A stretch of 63,871 bases of DNA, the filler included, from Octopus bimaculoides (taxonomy: Eukaryota), in assembly GCF_001194135.2 (NCBI RefSeq). It is 8 parts of 7 records of this genome, joined end to end, with 100 filler letters (N's around TTAATTAATTAA, not from the genome) between each part and the next. Parts side by side here need not be neighbours in the genome. Positions count along the whole stretch, not along the records: positions 60,392 to 62,638 come from NC_069003.1; positions 62,739 to 63,871 come from NW_026304595.1; 6 more parts are not named here. One strand, 5' to 3'. The notes beneath the pieces were generated by a model, which saw only the letters and a program-made list of their open reading frames with translations, was not told the DNA's origin and did not search any database. The stretch's first letter is position 1. Each line of letters begins with the position of its first letter. Below, one piece after another: positions 61,981 to 63,871 of this stretch. Position numbers and translations under genes: made by a program.

Positions 61981-62366
61981 CTTTTACAAATATCTTTTGC
62001 ATTTTTCCCTCGCCAACAAAGCCCCATATTCCCAGCGCACACAAATCCTTTGAACTTCAAACGCTAATAAATCTAGCAGTTAACATAACTGTTTATGTCA
62101 ACCATAATCCAGACCATTTAAATCTAATACGGTAATATCCTACTTAGTAGATCTACCAGCACTTGACTAAATTTTCAAAGACCTCCTCCTTCGGTTCCAT
62201 TTCTTTCATTCTTTGGGCCATATTTTAGCTGTTCTTCTCCTTTGAGTCTGACAGAAACAAGTAGCACTTTTGATAAATTTGATAAATTCACTTTTTACAT
62301 TCAATACAGTTGATGCTAGCTTAATTTCTACCTTGAATACACACACACACACACAGACAGACACAC

Positions 62367-62442
<76 letters not shown>

Positions 62443-62454
62443 ATGCATATATAT

Positions 62455-62486
<32 letters not shown>

Positions 62487-63871
62487 ACACTCACACTTAC
62501 ATATACATATTACATATATATATTTATATACATACAGTTATATATACTTATATACATATATACATATAAAATTATATACACATATATCTGCAAGTGTGTG
62601 CCTCACTCCTGTATATATATATATATATATATATATATNNNNNNNNNNNNNNNNNNNNNNNNNNNNNNNNNNNNNNNNNNNNTTAATTAATTAANNNNNN
62701 NNNNNNNNNNNNNNNNNNNNNNNNNNNNNNNNNNNNNNAATGAGGGTCTATTATCCATTTTCTAATACATGCACACACACACAAACATGTAAAAATGAGA
62801 GTATGTATGCATGTATGTGTGCATGAATGTATGTATGGATGGATGGATGCATGTATGCATGTATGAACGCATGTGTGTGTAAATGTCCTTGTGCTAGAAC
62901 TGAGCTTGAAGTTTACTAATATGTTATTCTTTAAGAACCTGAGAGCTTGAAATAATAGTTGTGATACCTGAATACCACCAGATGATATACTAATTGAAAC
63001 ATGTGGAGTGCAAGAAAGAGAGAGAGGATAAAGTTACCATCACATGCTATTTTATACTGCTTTAGTTCAATGAACCAACAAGGGAACCACTACATGGTTG
63101 CTTGTCCTGCAAGTAATACTAGGCATATCTTCCTTGAGTTACTCTGTACTGTCTTAAAAGGATGGAGGATATATTGGATAATGTACATCCTAATATATNN
63201 NNNNNNNNTGTCTTAAAAGGATGGAGGATATATTGGATAATGTACATCCTAATATATATAAAAGCAGGATGGACGTTGCTGAAATACTTATGATAATAGG
63301 GCTACTTGACCTGGGTATAGGCTTGGTTGTATAGTTAGGGAGTTTGTTTCACAACTATGAAGTTTAGCTTTCAATCCTATGAAAGCATTGGGAGTTTAAT
63401 TTGTTAGAAAGAAATTATGTGGACGTTCTTGTGAAGGACCATCCCTGTTCTTGGGTGCTAGTCTTAATTCATTGCCCAATTTAACACTACAACCTGGTCC
63501 TTGAGAACCCTTAGAGAAATCTGCTCTGTAATGAGCACTTGGAGTAAGTCTCTAGTTAAAGGATAATTTTTTGCTTTTCTTAACCCTGCTAGTCTCAGAG
63601 TCCCTGAGAAAATACCATACGTGTTACCTTTCCTCCTTTATGACACTAAAAATAGGTGTAGGGTGTTACCTGAGATAGACTGATGTTCTTTCCAGAAGAT
63701 TTATTACTTGAAGCAGAGATGTTATTCTAAATATTTTACAGGAATGTGGTTTTAAATACGAAAAACACCAGAAAAGAATATTGTAGTAAGTAAAATACCT
63801 GAATATATGTTGTACTCTCTGTACTTCAACACTCCATGAATAGTTATGTAATAAAAGAAGTGCATGTGCAA

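Noticed and set aside
63149-63258. 50-bp direct repeat
   Set aside because: The copies flank a 10-N gap, typical of an unmerged contig overlap
63400-63720. Possible CR1/Jockey RT remnant on the minus strand (HKGGK)
   Set aside because: Only one short motif; not enough support

Overview
AT-rich, microsatellite-dense animal DNA from a draft assembly (about 25 N-gaps, seven of them 100-nt joins carrying a TTAATTAATTAA marker). The repeat repertoire suggests an octopus or related cephalopod (inference). No prokaryotic features. One host gene is supported on the + strand: a three-exon phase-consistent chain (14217-14292, 15555-15605, 21202-21359) encoding a signal peptide and the start of a probable cadherin-like domain, with possible non-coding exons upstream. 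The rest is mostly decayed mobile DNA: Tc1, mariner, hAT, piggyBac and pogo MITEs, Helitron and Helentron-like pieces, RTE, R4/Dong and Penelope retroelements, a gag-like ORF1-only element and several tRNA-derived SINE families. The most interesting signal is seven copies of Penelope-type minimal hammerhead ribozyme motifs in three unrelated sequence families. One family is a tRNA-headed SINE carrying the ribozyme, found in inverted pairs. Also notable is a tRNA-Met(CAT) pseudogene with a 21-nt insertion at the canonical intron site. Coordinates were read by eye; ends of decayed repeats are approximate and family names are by motif recognition, not database search.
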